Shown here one piece after another: positions 11,753 to 24,639 of a stretch of 64,000 bases of DNA. Below the pieces are notes generated by a model. It was not told the DNA's origin, made no database searches, and saw nothing but the letters and a program-made list of their open reading frames with translations. Every line of letters begins with the position of its first letter. Position 1 is the stretch's first letter. The stretch lies in contig MU053588.1 in the NCBI GenBank assembly GCA_013239625.1, forward strand, positions 2,676,508 to 2,740,507, read 5' to 3'. The stretch comes from Lama guanicoe (lineage: Eukaryota). Position numbers and translations under genes: made by a program.

Positions 11753-13030
11753 AAGAAAGGGTTTTTTTTTAAATGTCCGTTTGCTAAAAAAAAAATTTTT
11801 TTAATTAAGCTTAATCCTCCACATTCTAAACAGCACGTTCAATCATTCAAAATACTAAATACTTTTTAAATCACTTTTGTTGTAGTTACCTAAAAACAGG
11901 TAGCTATGCAAGTACTGGCTAAGATTGCTATTTAAACTAGTCTTTAAGTACACATACAATGCAAACACTTGGTAAAAAATTAGTCAGGCAGAAGAGTATG
12001 TGAAATGAAAGTAATGTCTTCCTTCTCGATCCTGTTTCTAAGAGTTTAAGTCCTAAACGTAGCCGTAAGCACACTAATGGTTCCTTGGGTATCCTTCAAA
12101 ATTTGTTTAAGCAAATGCAAGCATAAATATGAATATATGTATACGTTTTTCAAAAGTAGGTCATCCTAGCATCCCATTGTGGGCTTCTTTTTTTTAACCA
12201 TCCATCTTGGATATTGTACCATCAAAGCATGCAGTGTTTTAACTCATGCTTCTTAATGGCTGCATAGCTTTCCATTGCTAATGCCCCATCAGGTATCACT
12301 GATTCCCACACTGATGGGCATTGCACTGTTTCCAGTTTTTCACTTTGCTCCGGTGTACATTGCTTTGCGTGGGTGTTGGGCCTCCTCTGGGAGTACTGCT
12401 GAAGGAGCAATCTCTGGGAGTAAACTCTTGGGTCACATGCATACATTTAAGAAGCTGCTGCCTTCACTTTGTTATATACCTGGAACTAACACAATATTGT
12501 AAATCAACTATAGTTCATAAAAAAAGAAAAGGAAAGAAGAAGAAGCAACTGCTTGATTTTATGAGCTGCTACTGAAAGACTGAAGAACGCAGACCCAAGG
12601 ATATCTAAAATCTAAAGCAGGGCTGATCCACGGCATTCCCATCTGACTATTCGGCGTATCTGAAACATGGGTAATCTCGGGGTCTGTGAAAGCCACAGCA
12701 CTTCAGACATGGTCGCTGTGGGAAGACACGGAAAGGCCTCAGTCTATCTCTTCCTCAAACTGAGGGGCAGCTTCCCTTCTCAGATGGAGCTCCACACTCT
12801 CTATGACCACCTGGGAGGTACCTGGTGGACAAGAGTATGTGGCATCTCGGCTTACAGGAGAATGAGAGTTCCATGTTCAAGGAGGAAATCAGGAAAGATC
12901 TTGCTAAAATCATAGTCTTAAACCATCAGTGGCTCGGACAGTGGCTCAGAGGTCATCTCCGATCTCTTCCCTCTCCCTGTCTCTGTCTCTCCCCCTTCAT
13001 CTTTGATCTCGTGTCTCCCTGCTTCCCCAG

Positions 13031-13212
13031 GATGCCAAGCATGCCCCAAGTAGTCTCTAGCCTGGACTGAGCTCTTCCTCTACCTGATGTAGCTGCCAGG
13101 GCACTTCTCACCCATCTTGCCACTGCTTCCTGCAGCTCTGGACCTGCAGCCCCTGGACAGGGATTTCAGGAAGTAGCTGCCTCCTTTCCAGCTCATCCTG
13201 CAACCACAGAAT
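13031..13212 (+). pseudogene. CYP2 pseudogene exon 9 (heme-Cys region)
   Basis: cag|GCQACPK*SLAWTELFLYLM*LPGHFSPILPLLPAALDLQPLDRDFRK*LPPFQLILQPQ; colinear with a 182-nt CYP2 exon 9; TAG at 13051, 13090 and 13174. Confidence 0.88.
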
Positions 13213-13497
13213 CTCCTGCAGAGCCAAGCCCACTGCCCACACTGACCAGCCATCACCTGGCTTGGATCCTGTGCCTTCTCTCCATTGTCTGGCCTCACTT
13301 TCCCTACATGCACAGCACAGAAGCTTTATAGGGTCCACATGTAGGCTCTGGAGTCTGACATCTTGGTTTGGGACTTCCTTCATTCACTATTGTATCCCCA
13401 GCTTCCTAGAATAGGATCTGGCACACAGTAGATGCTCAATGAATGAAATTTTTTTGCTGAATGAATGAGTTTTTTAAAATTTTAATTTTATTTATTT

Positions 13498-13617
13498 GGG
13501 AGGAGAGGTAATTAGGTTTGTTTGTTTGTTTGTTTTTAACGGAAGTGCTGGGAATTGAATCCAAGACATTGTGCCTGCTAAGCACACACTCTACCTATGA
13601 GCTACATCCTCCCCCCT
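13498..13617 (-). mobile_element. tRNA-derived SINE (Vic-1-like)
   Basis: ggtaattaggttt...gggaattgaatccaagac...gagctacatcc. Confidence 0.8.
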
Positions 13618-15054
13618 CAGAATGAGTTTTCAAAATAAATCCCAGCTCTGACACTCTACTGTGTGAACTTGGTCAAGTGACATTCCCTCTCACAGCCTCC
13701 ATTCCCTCATCTGTAAAATGGGGTAATAAAAATAACCTGCCTCACAGGCCATTATTAGTCTTCATTCAATGCGTTATTTATCAAGCATATATTATGTTCT
13801 AGTCATTGTTCTAGATACTGAGAACACAGCAGGAAACAAACAGAAAAAGCTACTTGCCCTTGTGGAGTCGACCTTCATGTGTGTGAGGGGAGAGGGGAAG
13901 AGGATAAATAATAATCAAGAGACAGGAATTACTAAATTGTAGGGGATGCTAGAAGGTGATAAAAAAAAAGCTGTAAGAAAATAAAATTAAAAGGGCAAGA
14001 GTGTAAAACAAGGCCATTTGTAGTTTTCAGTAGGGTGATGGGGTAGACCCTACTGACAAGGAGATGTTCAAACAGAAACATGAAGGAAATGAGAGAGCAC
14101 TGGTGCAGATGTCTGCATGAAGAGAGTTCCAAGCAGCAGGAAAGGCCAGTGTAAAGGCCCTGAGGTGAGAATATGCCTGGAGTTGGGAGGAGCAACCAGG
14201 GGGCCAGTGTGGCTGGCACAGGATGAGTGAGCCTGCAGGTTGCAGGAGATGCTGCCAAGAGGGGATGGGGTAGATGGTGGAGGTCTTTGACTTTAACCTG
14301 GGAAAAGATGAAACACATGGAAGGCTTTCGAGATTTTTGAGACATGATCTGACGTATTTTTAAAGGATCCTGCTAGCTGCACACCTGTGAGTCCTCAGAC
14401 AATCTTCTCTGAGGCAAGTGCAGGAGATGGGGTAGGATTGGGCCAGAGGTCATTTCCTCCAACCACCTGCCACCACCCAGGCCCAGACAAGCTGGGTGCC
14501 AGGGCTGGCTTCCCACCCGTGCTCCTGCCTCTGAGCCAGAGCCTGTACCAGAGAGAGAGGGAGAGAGAGGGCATAAGGGGTCCCACTCTTTCACCTGCCT
14601 TTGCATAACTCTCTGTCCTCGAGTAAACCAATTACGCAAAAGAAGCTGGCGCAGTGGGGCAAACAGCAAGCCCAGTTTTGTAACATCAGTCCAAAGGCTG
14701 GCTCTCTGCTGCCCCCCGTGGAGGGACGAGTTATAGCAAAGATGATCCTTAGAGCCCTTAATTATCAGTAGCGCCTCTTTCACTGTCAAAAAAATCCTGG
14801 GGTGGACAATAAAATATATGGTCTCCAGGTTAAATGATTTTACAGCCCAGGTGTCTATGGGGGGAAATAAATTTAGGTGCAATAAAGAGCAAGTAGTTTG
14901 CATCATAAATTGGTTGAACGTTAGAATCGTGGACTCTTCAAACAACCAAAAGAGCCGACCTTTATTAACTGCTTCCTCTGTGCCGGGCAATGTTGTAAAT
15001 ATTTCAGTTTTTAAGTCATTTAATCCTTCTACAACTTTAAGAGTGAGAACTGTA

Positions 15055-15200
15055 ACTATATGCAGTATCTTGTAGTAACCTATAATGAAAAAGAAGATTA
15101 AAAGGAATATATATGTATGTACATGTATGACAAACATTATGCTGTACACCAGAAATTGACACAACGTTGTAAAATGACTATATATCGATTTAAACAAAAA
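15055..15200 (+). mobile_element. L1 3' terminal fragment (artiodactyl/camelid type)
   Basis: tatcttgtagtaacctataatgaaaaagaa...tgctgtacaccagaaattgacacaacgttgtaaaatgacta. Confidence 0.7.
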
Positions 15201-15459
15201 GAGTGGGTACCGTTATCTCCATGTTACAGTTGAGGAAACCAGGGCACAGAAGTTGCTGACTGGTAAGAGGGAAAGCCAGGACTTGTAATGTTCTGTGTCA
15301 CAAGGCTATGTTGTCTCTCTTGTCACAGAGATGCCACAGGTTAGTATTCTCCATCAGTGATAATCACAACCTGTATTTATTACTTGCTCACATGGACCAT
15401 CTTACTTAAGCCTTTGGAGTAGATATCGTGAGCCCTATTTCAGGTTTTTTCAAATTATT

Positions 15460-16030
15460 TATTTATTTTTAATTGTGGTAAAAGAAACATAACACAAAAC
15501 CTACCACCGTCACCATTTTTAAGAGTACTGTTCCGTGAGGTTAAGTACATTCACAGTGTTGTGTAGCCATCACCACCACTCGTCTCCAAAACGTTTTTTC
15601 ATTTTGCTAGACTGAAACTCTGTACTTGTTTAAGGACAAATCCTCATTACCCTCCCTCCCCAGCCCCTGGCAACCAGCCTTCCACTTTTGGTGCCTATGA
15701 ATCTGACTGTTTCTGGGTACCTCACATAAGAGGAATCTTATGGGGGAGAGGGTATAGCTCAAGCAGTAGAGTTCTTACTCATGCACGAGTTCCTGGGTTC
15801 AATCCTGGTACCTCCTCTGAAAATAAATAAATAAGCTTAATTACTTCCCCCTCCTAAAAAAAAAAAAAGGAATTATACAGCACTTGTCATTTTGTGACTG
15901 GCTTATTCCATTTAGCTTAATGTTCTCAAGGTTCATCCACGGTAACACAAAATTTCCTTCCTTTTTAAGGCTGAATAATAGTCCATTGTATGGATATACC
16001 ACATTTTGTTTATCCAGTCATCTTCATGTC
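15460..16030 (-). mobile_element. Old L1 3' end with a nested SINE
   Basis: aattgtggtaaaagaaacataac...cagcccctggcaacc...aaggctgaataatagtccattgtatggatataccacatttt. Confidence 0.75.
15742..15868 (+). mobile_element. tRNA-derived SINE (Vic-1-like)
   Basis: gggtatagctcaagcagtagag...gggttcaatcc, A tail. Confidence 0.8.
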
Positions 16031-16563
16031 AGTTTTATTCATTCATTCACTCGCTTACTTAACCAATTTTACTTGGTGCCTGCTATGTACCCAACACAAT
16101 GGCTGTGGCTAAAACTGACACTGTTCCCTGCCCTCAAAGTGTTTACATTCTGGTGTGTTTGGAAACATCATAAATGAATGGTGATAAGTACTGTTGTCAA
16201 AAATAAAGCAGGAAGGGGGCAAGGGACCTAGAGGAGGTGAGAGTGGGAGCCATTTGGCTACACTAGGGGAGAGCATTCCAAGCAGAAGAGCCAGCCAGTG
16301 CAAAGGCCCTGAGGTGGGTGGGCCTGGTGTGTTCAGAAACAGTGAGGGAACCAGTGAGGCTGGAGTTGAGTGAACAAGAGGGAGAGAGGGAGATGAGGGA
16401 AGTGAGATTCAGAGAGGCAAAAGGTCTTTCTCAAGGTCGTCCAGGCCTGTGACTTAAACAGGATCTGTCTGACTTCAGAGCTCAAGCTCTTAACTACAGC
16501 ACTGTTTTGCTCACAGATAACCCAGTGTTTTGTGCCAGTCTCAGCCTATCAATAAGCAATGCT

Positions 16564-17234
16564 GTAGCTGGAACAGCCCTTGGGGTTCTTATTATGATTG
16601 CAAGATGCCCTTCAGCAATAACCATCAGGAAACTTTGTAAAAATAGACAGTTATTATTTACAAGACCTGGAAATTACATAGGTCAGCAGGGCCACATAGC
16701 ATTTTTTCAAGGAGACAGAGAAAGAGAAAGAGAGAACAGGCCTGAGATTCTGCTTTTATTAGGGTCGGGGTGGGGGCCTAGGGTTTCACTGGCTCACTGT
16801 TAGTGAATTTAAAACATAAGAGTGGGCTGTGGAAGGTATAGCTCAGTGGTAGAGTGCCTGCTTAACATGACAAGGTCCTGGATTCAATCCCCAGTACTTC
16901 CATTTTAAAAATAATAATAAATAAATAAAACTTAATTACCATATAAATGAATAAAACCTAAGAGCAGGAATTTAAAGCATAAGAAGAGAAAAAAGCAAGT
17001 AGCCCAAATGGTCAGTTATTGAAGCCAAACAAGACCTCAAAAACAAAGAGCCTGGGTCAGGGGAAGGTGACCTGGCTGTTTACCTAGTCCTGTGGTTGAC
17101 ACTGTGATTATTTGAGATCACCTTGGAAGTGGATCCCTCTGAAACGGAATGCCTCTAACAAGCCTTAGTCAAGTATTTGCATTACAAAAGAGAAAAAGAA
17201 AAAGAAATAAAAACCTGTCAGGGTTTACACTACA
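16564..17234 (-). mobile_element. LTR element (ERV1/MER-like) with a nested SINE
   Basis: tgtag...ctaca ends; SINE flanked by aaaacataagag / aaaacctaagag. Confidence 0.45.
16824..16950 (+). mobile_element. tRNA-derived SINE (Vic-1-like)
   Basis: ggtatagctcagtggtagagtgcctgcttaacatg...ggattcaatcccc. Confidence 0.8.
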
Positions 17235-17776
17235 CCCAGCAACAATTCCGATGACGTGATCTTGTACTTTGTGCTAATCCTGTGCGCATACATTACTGGC
17301 ACGAGCCTCATTCAACATGTGGCAAAACAGAAACTCCAAGAGGTGAAGGAACGGGCAGGAGCAGAATCGAAGGCAGCCTGGCTGAAGTTTAAGTTCATGT
17401 TCTTCCCAGCTGTTGCTCCACTGACACAGGGGACTGTGGAGTCCTTAAATTATGGAACTTCAGCATTTTAGGATCTTGGAGCCAAGACTGACATGGCTAT
17501 GATATTGGTAGAATATCTGTGTACTTCCCAGGCTGTTTGGTAAAGAGAGGCTCTCCCCACGCTGCTGTCATGGGCTCCACCTTCTGCGAATATGGACGGG
17601 TGCCATGCTGGGAAGGAGGAGTCCCTCTGGATGATTGAGTGGTAGCTGGTTTCCCCGACTTGCCCGTCTAACCTGGAGACTGAGAGTGGGGGGTTGAGGG
17701 TTGGGGGGGAGGAGTTCCAGCATAGCCACCAGCTGTTTTGCATGTGAAAATCACTGTTTTAAAGGAACCATCTGGT

Positions 17777-17846
17777 GGGGGGAAAAGGTAGAGCTCAGCG
17801 GTAGTGTGCCAGCACCAGGTCCTGGGTTCAATCCCCAGTGTCTTAA
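17777..17846 (+). mobile_element. tRNA-derived SINE (Vic-1-like, internally deleted) running into a purine microsatellite
   Basis: gagctcagcggtag...ggtcctgggttcaatccccag. Confidence 0.7.
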
Positions 17847-17849
17847 TGG

Positions 17850-18065
17850 AGAGAAAAGAAAAAGAAGGAAAGAAAGAAGGAAAGAAGGAAGGAAGGAAGG
17901 AAGGAAGGAAGGAAGGAAGGAAGGAAAGAAGGAAGGAAGGAAGGAAAGAAGGAAGGAAGGAAGGAAGGAAGGAAGGAAGGAAGGAAGGAAGGAAGGAGAA
18001 GCGAAGCGAAGAAAAGAAAAGAATAGAAAAGAGAAGAATAGATAAGAGAAGAGAAGAAAAGAAAC
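17850..18065. repeat. (GAAG)n/(GAAAA)n purine microsatellite
   Basis: Direct inspection. Confidence 0.97.
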
Positions 18066-18691
18066 CATTTGGGGCCAGGGCCCCAACTGAGACAAACAGT
18101 AACCAGGATTTTCATTCCATTCTATTTCTTTCCATACTTTGGTCCTTTGCCCAGTTGGCCAATAAAGATATTTTTTCATTCCTGCTTCATGGAAGGGATA
18201 ACACGGGAGAAAACAGAGAAAGGAGGAGTCATTTCTTTGCTTCTGAGTTTCCAAAATCTAGCCTACAGTGGGATAGTAATCATTTCAGTGGGAAGACTAG
18301 AGATTGTTGAATACAGTCAGCTCTGTTTCCTAAATTGACAGAGTTGGTCTGGATTCGAGGCGAGACGAAATTCGTGGGGAAATGTTGGGCATTCTTGAAA
18401 AGGAACAATCTGGCCCTCCCCTTCTGCCCATACACCTGCCTGAACTTGGCTGGTTCTGGTTTGAACAGAACCGGACCCACACTGCTGGGTCAGGATGTGG
18501 GACAGGCTCGGGGTGCCTCTGGCAGAGTTCACTGGCAGCCTGCGTCAGGCCTCTTGTTTGGGGGGCCGTGGTTTGCCCCAGAGAGTGGAGTGATCTAAAA
18601 CCCCAAAGAGACTTGGAAATTCTGAGGCAGAGATAACATAATTGTTAACTAAAGCCCAAGGCAGTAACAGACAAAATGACTGGGTAGAAGG

Positions 18692-19148
18692 TGTTGGAGA
18701 TTGACTCACATCCCCCTACAATTCATGTGTTAAAAGTCTCAGCCCCTAGCATCTCAGAATGTGACCTTAATGGGGAACAGGGCCATTGCAGATGTAATTA
18801 GTTAAGACGGGGTCATACTGGAGTAGGGTGCGCCCTAATCCAATGTGACGGGTGTCTTTATAAAAAGGGGATATTTGGACACTGAGACAGACACAGGGAG
18901 AACGCCACGTGAAGATGACGACAGAGACCGAGGTGCTGCTTCTGCAAGCCAAGAATTGCCAAAGATGGCCAGCAAACCACCAGAAGCTGAGGGAGGGGAC
19001 CAGATTGCCCCTCACAGCGTCGGAAGGAAGCAGCTCTGCCAACACCTTGATTTTGGACTTCTAGCTTAACAGACTGTGAGAAGACATCTTTGTCATTGAC
19101 TTCACCCAGCAGGTGGTACTCGGTTACAGCAGCCCCGGGAAACATACA
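18692..19148 (+). mobile_element. MaLR LTR (MLT1-like)
   Basis: cagaatgtgacctta...gcagatgtaattagttaag...gccaacaccttgattttggacttctagc...tacagcagccccggaaacataca. Confidence 0.85.
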
Positions 19149-19479
19149 GAGGCTTTTCAGAGACAGCCTCAGAGTCCACTCATCCCTCCCTTCATTTATC
19201 CCACAGAACTTGATCCATTTCTTGTCCTCGTGGAGTTTGCGCTCTAGTGGGAGAGAGACAAGAAGTAAACAAGCCAACACGAAGCACCGTCTTTAACACC
19301 AGGTGGAGGATGGGAGATGTGGGGCCACAGGCAAGTCAGACACAGGCCCTGAGCTTATGAATCATGAAAATACCTGGTGGCCAGACATGAAGGCTGGCCC
19401 AGCAGTGACCTGGCCATGACTTTTGCCCCAGGAGCAGAGGGAAGGGACTTTATTTTTAAAAACATCTTAGTTAACCTAT

Positions 19480-19579
19480 GAGTAGGCAGTAACTAGGTTT
19501 GTTTACTTTAGAGGAGGCACCAGGGATTGAACCCAGGACCTCATGCATGATAAGCATGCGCTCTACAGCTTAAGCTATA
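19480..19579 (-). mobile_element. tRNA-derived SINE (Vic-1-like)
   Basis: gggattgaacccaggacctcatgcatgataagcatgcgctctac. Confidence 0.8.
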
Positions 19580-19684
19580 CTGGGACTTACATTTTAACGA
19601 GAGCTGTGGCTGCTGAGAGGAGGTGAGCAGACCACTTGGGAGAGCCCTGCGGGGAGCCAGGCAAGGAGGCCAGCACACCAGAGG

Positions 19685-20000
19685 ATGGGTTTGCCTGCTG
19701 GGGCCTCCGTAAGAGCACCACAGACTGAGCGGCTTAAGCAATGGAAATTTATTAGCTAGAAACCCGGCTTCCAGGCGCAGCACCGCAGACTCTGCCCTCA
19801 CCTTCACGTGGCGTCCTCCTTGGTGTAGCTCTCTGTGTCTAAATTTCCCCTTTTCATAAAGACACAGTCTTACTGGATTACAGCCCAATTAATAACCTCA
19901 TTCTGACCATCTGCAAGGTTCTATATCCAGATGAGGTCACATTCACAGATCCTAGGGGTTAAGATCTCAGTGTCTCTTGTGGGGACATAATTCAGCCCGC
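19685..20000 (-). mobile_element. MaLR LTR (MLT1-like)
   Basis: accacagactgagcggcttaa...cttcacgtggcgtcctc...ggtcacattc...ggggacataattcagccc. Confidence 0.75.
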
Positions 20001-23000
20001 AGTGGTGGTGGTGATGCAGAGAAGTGGACACAGTCAGGAGATGTTTTGGAGGTAAAATGGACAAGATTTGGTGATGAGTTGCACACAGGCAGTGGGGGAG
20101 AGATGTGAGGGGGAGGAGGCTGGAGCTGGGGTTGTGGCTGGGACAGTGGATGGAGAGGACATTCCCAGACACATAAAGGGCTGGGGTTGCTCTGGTCTTG
20201 CTACTGTTCTGGGAGAGCAGATTAGGACTGGAGCATCTTCATTTGCAGGAAAAGCCATTCAGAGCGGGTGGAAGGATGGGTGCTGTGGGATCCTAGAGTC
20301 AGAGAATAATAATAGTTGACGTTGACAGGGCCCTTCTTGGTCCAAGCATTGCACTGAGCAATTTACATCCATGACCCTTGTCATCTTCTGAGTCGGCTAT
20401 CCCTGCCCTCCAGAGAAAGAAACAGCTCAGAAAGGGTGGTCTCCAGCCAGGGTTAGAATGCGGCAGAGATGGATTTGACCCCAGCTCTGCCCAACCCCAA
20501 ACCCTTTAAACAAGAAGCTTTCCTCATACTGATGCCAATATTAATACTTTTTTAGCAACAATTGTTGCAGCAACAAGAATGCTCTCATGACGGTGTCTGC
20601 AGTGAGTCTGCACTGGCTGGATGTTTGATGGGACTTGTGTCACTTCAGCCCCAGTTTGCACAGGAAGACATCAAGGCTCAAAGATGCTAAGCCACTCATC
20701 CAGCATGTAGGTGGCAGAGGTGTGGCTTGAACCCAAGCCGTTTCTGTCCCCCAGATCCAGTCTAGAACTCCTCGCTCACCCTGGAACTTGAAAATGAAGG
20801 GACTGAGGGCCAGAGAAGGAAAGGTCTTGTGTAGGTTTCCCCAACAAACTGCAGCCGAGGGAAAGCATCACACTGAGGAAGAGAAGGTGGAAGACTTGGA
20901 TCAGAGCCCTGTGTTTGTACACATTCTTGTGCATGATTCTTTCACGCTCTTTTTTAGAAGACTGTAAACACTGGGGACAAAGCAGGCCCAGGCCCAGGCC
21001 CTTAATCTCCTGAGGAATTCTTCTGGAACTGTGTTCTGAGGCCTCCTCAACCTGTGTACTCTTTCTGCCAAGACAAGTGCCTCCACTCCAGCCGAGAATA
21101 TCCCAGGTATGGGTCCATGACTTCTAATGAAGAACTCAGCTCTGCCCTCATCAAGGTCTTGGCCAAGCCCTTTCCTCTCACTGTGCCTCAGTTTTCCCAG
21201 CTGTAAAAAGAGATCATACGGGGGGTCATGCACAGAGAAGCAGATTTGAAATAACTGGTCTAAATTCAAAATCTGGACCAGCCACTTACTAGCTGTGTGA
21301 ACTTGGACGAATGTCTTGACCTCTCTGCCTCAGTGTTCTTATCTGTAAAATGAGGCAATAATAGTACCCATCTCAAAGGGTGGTTCTGTAGCCTCAGTGA
21401 GGATGTGGGCAGGGCAGATAAGTCGCTCAAAAAAGTTTACCTCTCCCTATCCTCATTCTAATAAACCAAATGCATCCATGGGAGGATCTGAGGCACTGAG
21501 ATAGCTGGACAGGGGTGAGACAGCTGAGCTCCAGGGGTGGACAGGGGACTGAGGCACTTGGGTCTGATACAGGGTCCCAAGACCCTAGATCCTGGACTCT
21601 CTCTGGTACATGAAGGGGCCAGGGCTTGGATACCTCAAAATACTATCTAAAAACAGGTCTTCAGATATTCTGAGAAAATGAAAAATTGACTATCTGAGCC
21701 AAGCCCTGCTTCAGGCTGGGCACTGACCTGGATCCCGGTTGCTCAGTCAATCCTCATCCCTGTCACACATCAGGACCTATCCAAGCTGCTGACCCCACAC
21801 CGGTCCTTAGCACAGCCTGGCCCATGAAAGGCATCTCAGGGGGAAGGACTGGCCAGGGCAGTGACCAGGAGACAAGAAGATGTGTTGCATTTGGTTACAG
21901 ACAAGAAGAAAAAATACTTAGGTCAGAGGGCCCATCAGAAAAAAATTTGAAAAATGGACCTAGAGAGGTCCTTTGGGCTGTTAGCAAAATTTTTGAATGT
22001 CCCACTGAGGAGTTCTGACTTTTTCTTTGGGTCCTGGGGAACCACGGAGGATTTTAAGCAGAGAGGGTCACAATCAGATTTGTGTTTAAAAGAATTCATT
22101 CTGGTTTGGAGACTGGATTAGAGGAGACGAGACTGGATGTGGGAAAAGGAGGAGGCTAGGATGGCCCCTAAGTGTAACTATCAGGGTGGGTTAACCGTTG
22201 TAATAAAGGACCCCCCAAATCTCAGCAGCTTAAAGCAACAAATGTTTCTCAGGTCACATCCCATTTGGATGAGGGTTTAGCAGGTCTCCCCCTAGTGGTG
22301 GCTTAAGGAAACGTGGGGTGGTTTTTTTTGTTTTTGTTTTCCCCTCATTTTGTGGCTCTTCTATCTTGTTGATGGAGGGAAAGACAATAGAGGATTTCAC
22401 CCCAAATGCATAATCATCTTGACCCAAAAGTGATACATACCATTTCTGGTCTCATTCTTTTGTTGAGAATTGGTCACATAGTCTCATCCACGTAATCTCA
22501 AGGGACAGCCACTTCCCAGACAGAACACGAATTCTCTGTGGTCAGCTCTCTCTGGCTGCCACACCAGGGTTCTGGTTATGGGGATTCAATAGTTAGGATT
22601 TGTTTATTAAATCAATCACTATTTACTAAGCTCCTAAAATGTGTCAGGCACTCTTCTACGTACTTGGAATTCAGCTGGGAACCAGAGTTCCTGCCTTCAC
22701 AGACCTTGGATGTTTGAAGAGGAGACTGAAAAATAAACATGTAAATATTGTTTCTCTTCCAGTTACAAATAGCAGAAACTCACCTCAAACCAGTTACAAA
22801 AGCAAAAAGGGAACAAAAAGGCAGTACTTATTAGCTCCCATATTGGGTCTTCCATGAGCGTATTTGGCTTCAATAGCTCTTTCTCTCCCTCTCCCTCTTT
22901 TGCCTCACCCTCCACCAACTTGCTGTTATGACTTCATTCTGCCATCATCCTCACATGTTTTGGTGAGAAAGATGGTCCTCAGTAGTCCCAGTTTCCCATA

Positions 23001-23518
23001 ACTCAAGAGGGACTCTGATTGGCTCTACTGAGATCACATGCCTATCCTTGGTCCAATCACCAATGATTATATGATGGCAGCAGCCAGAGCCATTTGCTCA
23101 GCGCTGAGGATGGTGGAGGGCCAGGACTGTGTGATTGACAGCCCGACTGCGAGGAGGCCTTGTGGAGGAGGCTCCCCATACCAGCTGGTGACCAGACAAG
23201 GAAGGAAATGAACGTGTGCTCTAATGACAATAAACGCTAGATCCCTCAGTCCTAGTCTGCTATTGTCCAATGTTTAGAAGACCAGAATCCAGACACACCT
23301 ATCTGCTCATACAGGCAGCTCAAAAATGTCCCCACTCAACAAAAAGCGACTCCCCCCGACACAACAAAACTCACTTACCCTCAGCCCCCAAATTAAGTCT
23401 AATCTTTGTGCCAGTGTCTAATCTAGGAACTTGGAGTGAGGTGTGAGGCACACGGGACAGTGAGATGTCAGTTAGATGTCCAAAATCAATAGCCAACTGA
23501 CAATATAAACCATTCTTT

Positions 23519-23636
23519 GGGGGAGGGTATAGCTCAGTGGTAGAGCACATGCTTAGCATGCACAAGGTCTGGGTTTAATCCCCAGCACCGCCATTAAAAA
23601 TAATAAAAATAAAATAAAATAAAATAAAATAAAATA
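23519..23636 (+). mobile_element. tRNA-derived SINE (Vic-1-like)
   Basis: gggagggtatagctcagtggtagagc; (TAAAA)n tail; near-TSD taaacca. Confidence 0.85.
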
Positions 23637-24639
23637 AACCACACTTCACTCTGTGGTGGAGTTTGTTGATTGCCAACACCCCAGATATTCCCACTCTCTT
23701 TAGACTGTGAGGGCCTGTGTCCCACAAGAGAGTTTGGAAATACTCATTTTCTCAGCATGCCTTTTGGCTAGGGGGAATCCATATGTCAAAGTTTTGGTCA
23801 ATGAGATGTAGGGGGAATTCTTTGCCGTGGTGTTCTAAAAAAAGATTATCCCCCTTTCATAAAAAGAGAGTAGAACTCCAGAAGACTCCTCTTAACAGTG
23901 CAGTCTGCCCTCCGCTTTCTTTCTTTGGAGAATGTCATTCAAGGACGTGATGCCTGGAGCCACAGCAGCCACGTACAATCGTAAGACCATTGTCTCATTA
24001 GCCCGAGGCCTAAAAGTCAACAAGCAGGATAATGGAGCAAAAGGATGGAGTAAACTGAGTTTTTATTTCCTCAGTTGACTTACTAAATCAGCTCTGGCAC
24101 TGCCTACCTCCAGACTTCTTGTTTTATAAGATAATTAAATATATTTATTTTTAAGTCCACTGTTGATCTAAGGTCCTCGTGCAGCCAAGGCGAAGAAGCA
24201 AAAAAGTGCCATCCAGGAAAGAGACCTGTGCGTGATTCGAGGTCACGGAGAACAGACAACACGCACACCAGGCTCAGGAGGAACAGCCGTTGCTTACCGC
24301 GAGGGAGGAGGCAGAGTTTGGGAGATGCAGCCCCAGGGAGTGCGGCAGTGCCCTGGGATGGCAGACCCGCTCCACCGCCAACACCGGGCCGGAACAGCCC
24401 GCACTTCGCTTGGTGCTGCCGCGGAAGGACCCGCCCCGCTGCGCCTGGAATTCGCAAAGCTGGGGATGCGCCTGAGGACCGCTGACAGGTGCGTGTTCCT
24501 AGGCAGAACTGGTTCTTCCTTGCAAGGCGGTAAGTCCAGCACAGGCTGCGAGAGCTCCTTATCTCTCAGAAAGGAAGTTCCAGGCTCCAGGCCCGTTCTT
24601 TTTTTTTTTTTTTCAACTGTTAAAAATTCATTGCTTCTC

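Larger units (their letters stand above)
2300..13212 (+). pseudogene. Degenerate CYP2-family pseudogene, subfamily unassigned; exons 1, 7, 8 and 9 recognisable
   Basis: Four CYP2-like exon relics in the correct order and on one strand, with stops, a frameshift, dead splice sites and an LTR insertion. Confidence 0.85.

Noticed and set aside
14373..15197. 274-aa minus-strand ORF
   Set aside because: Begins in an L1 3' fragment; no motifs or supporting splice structure
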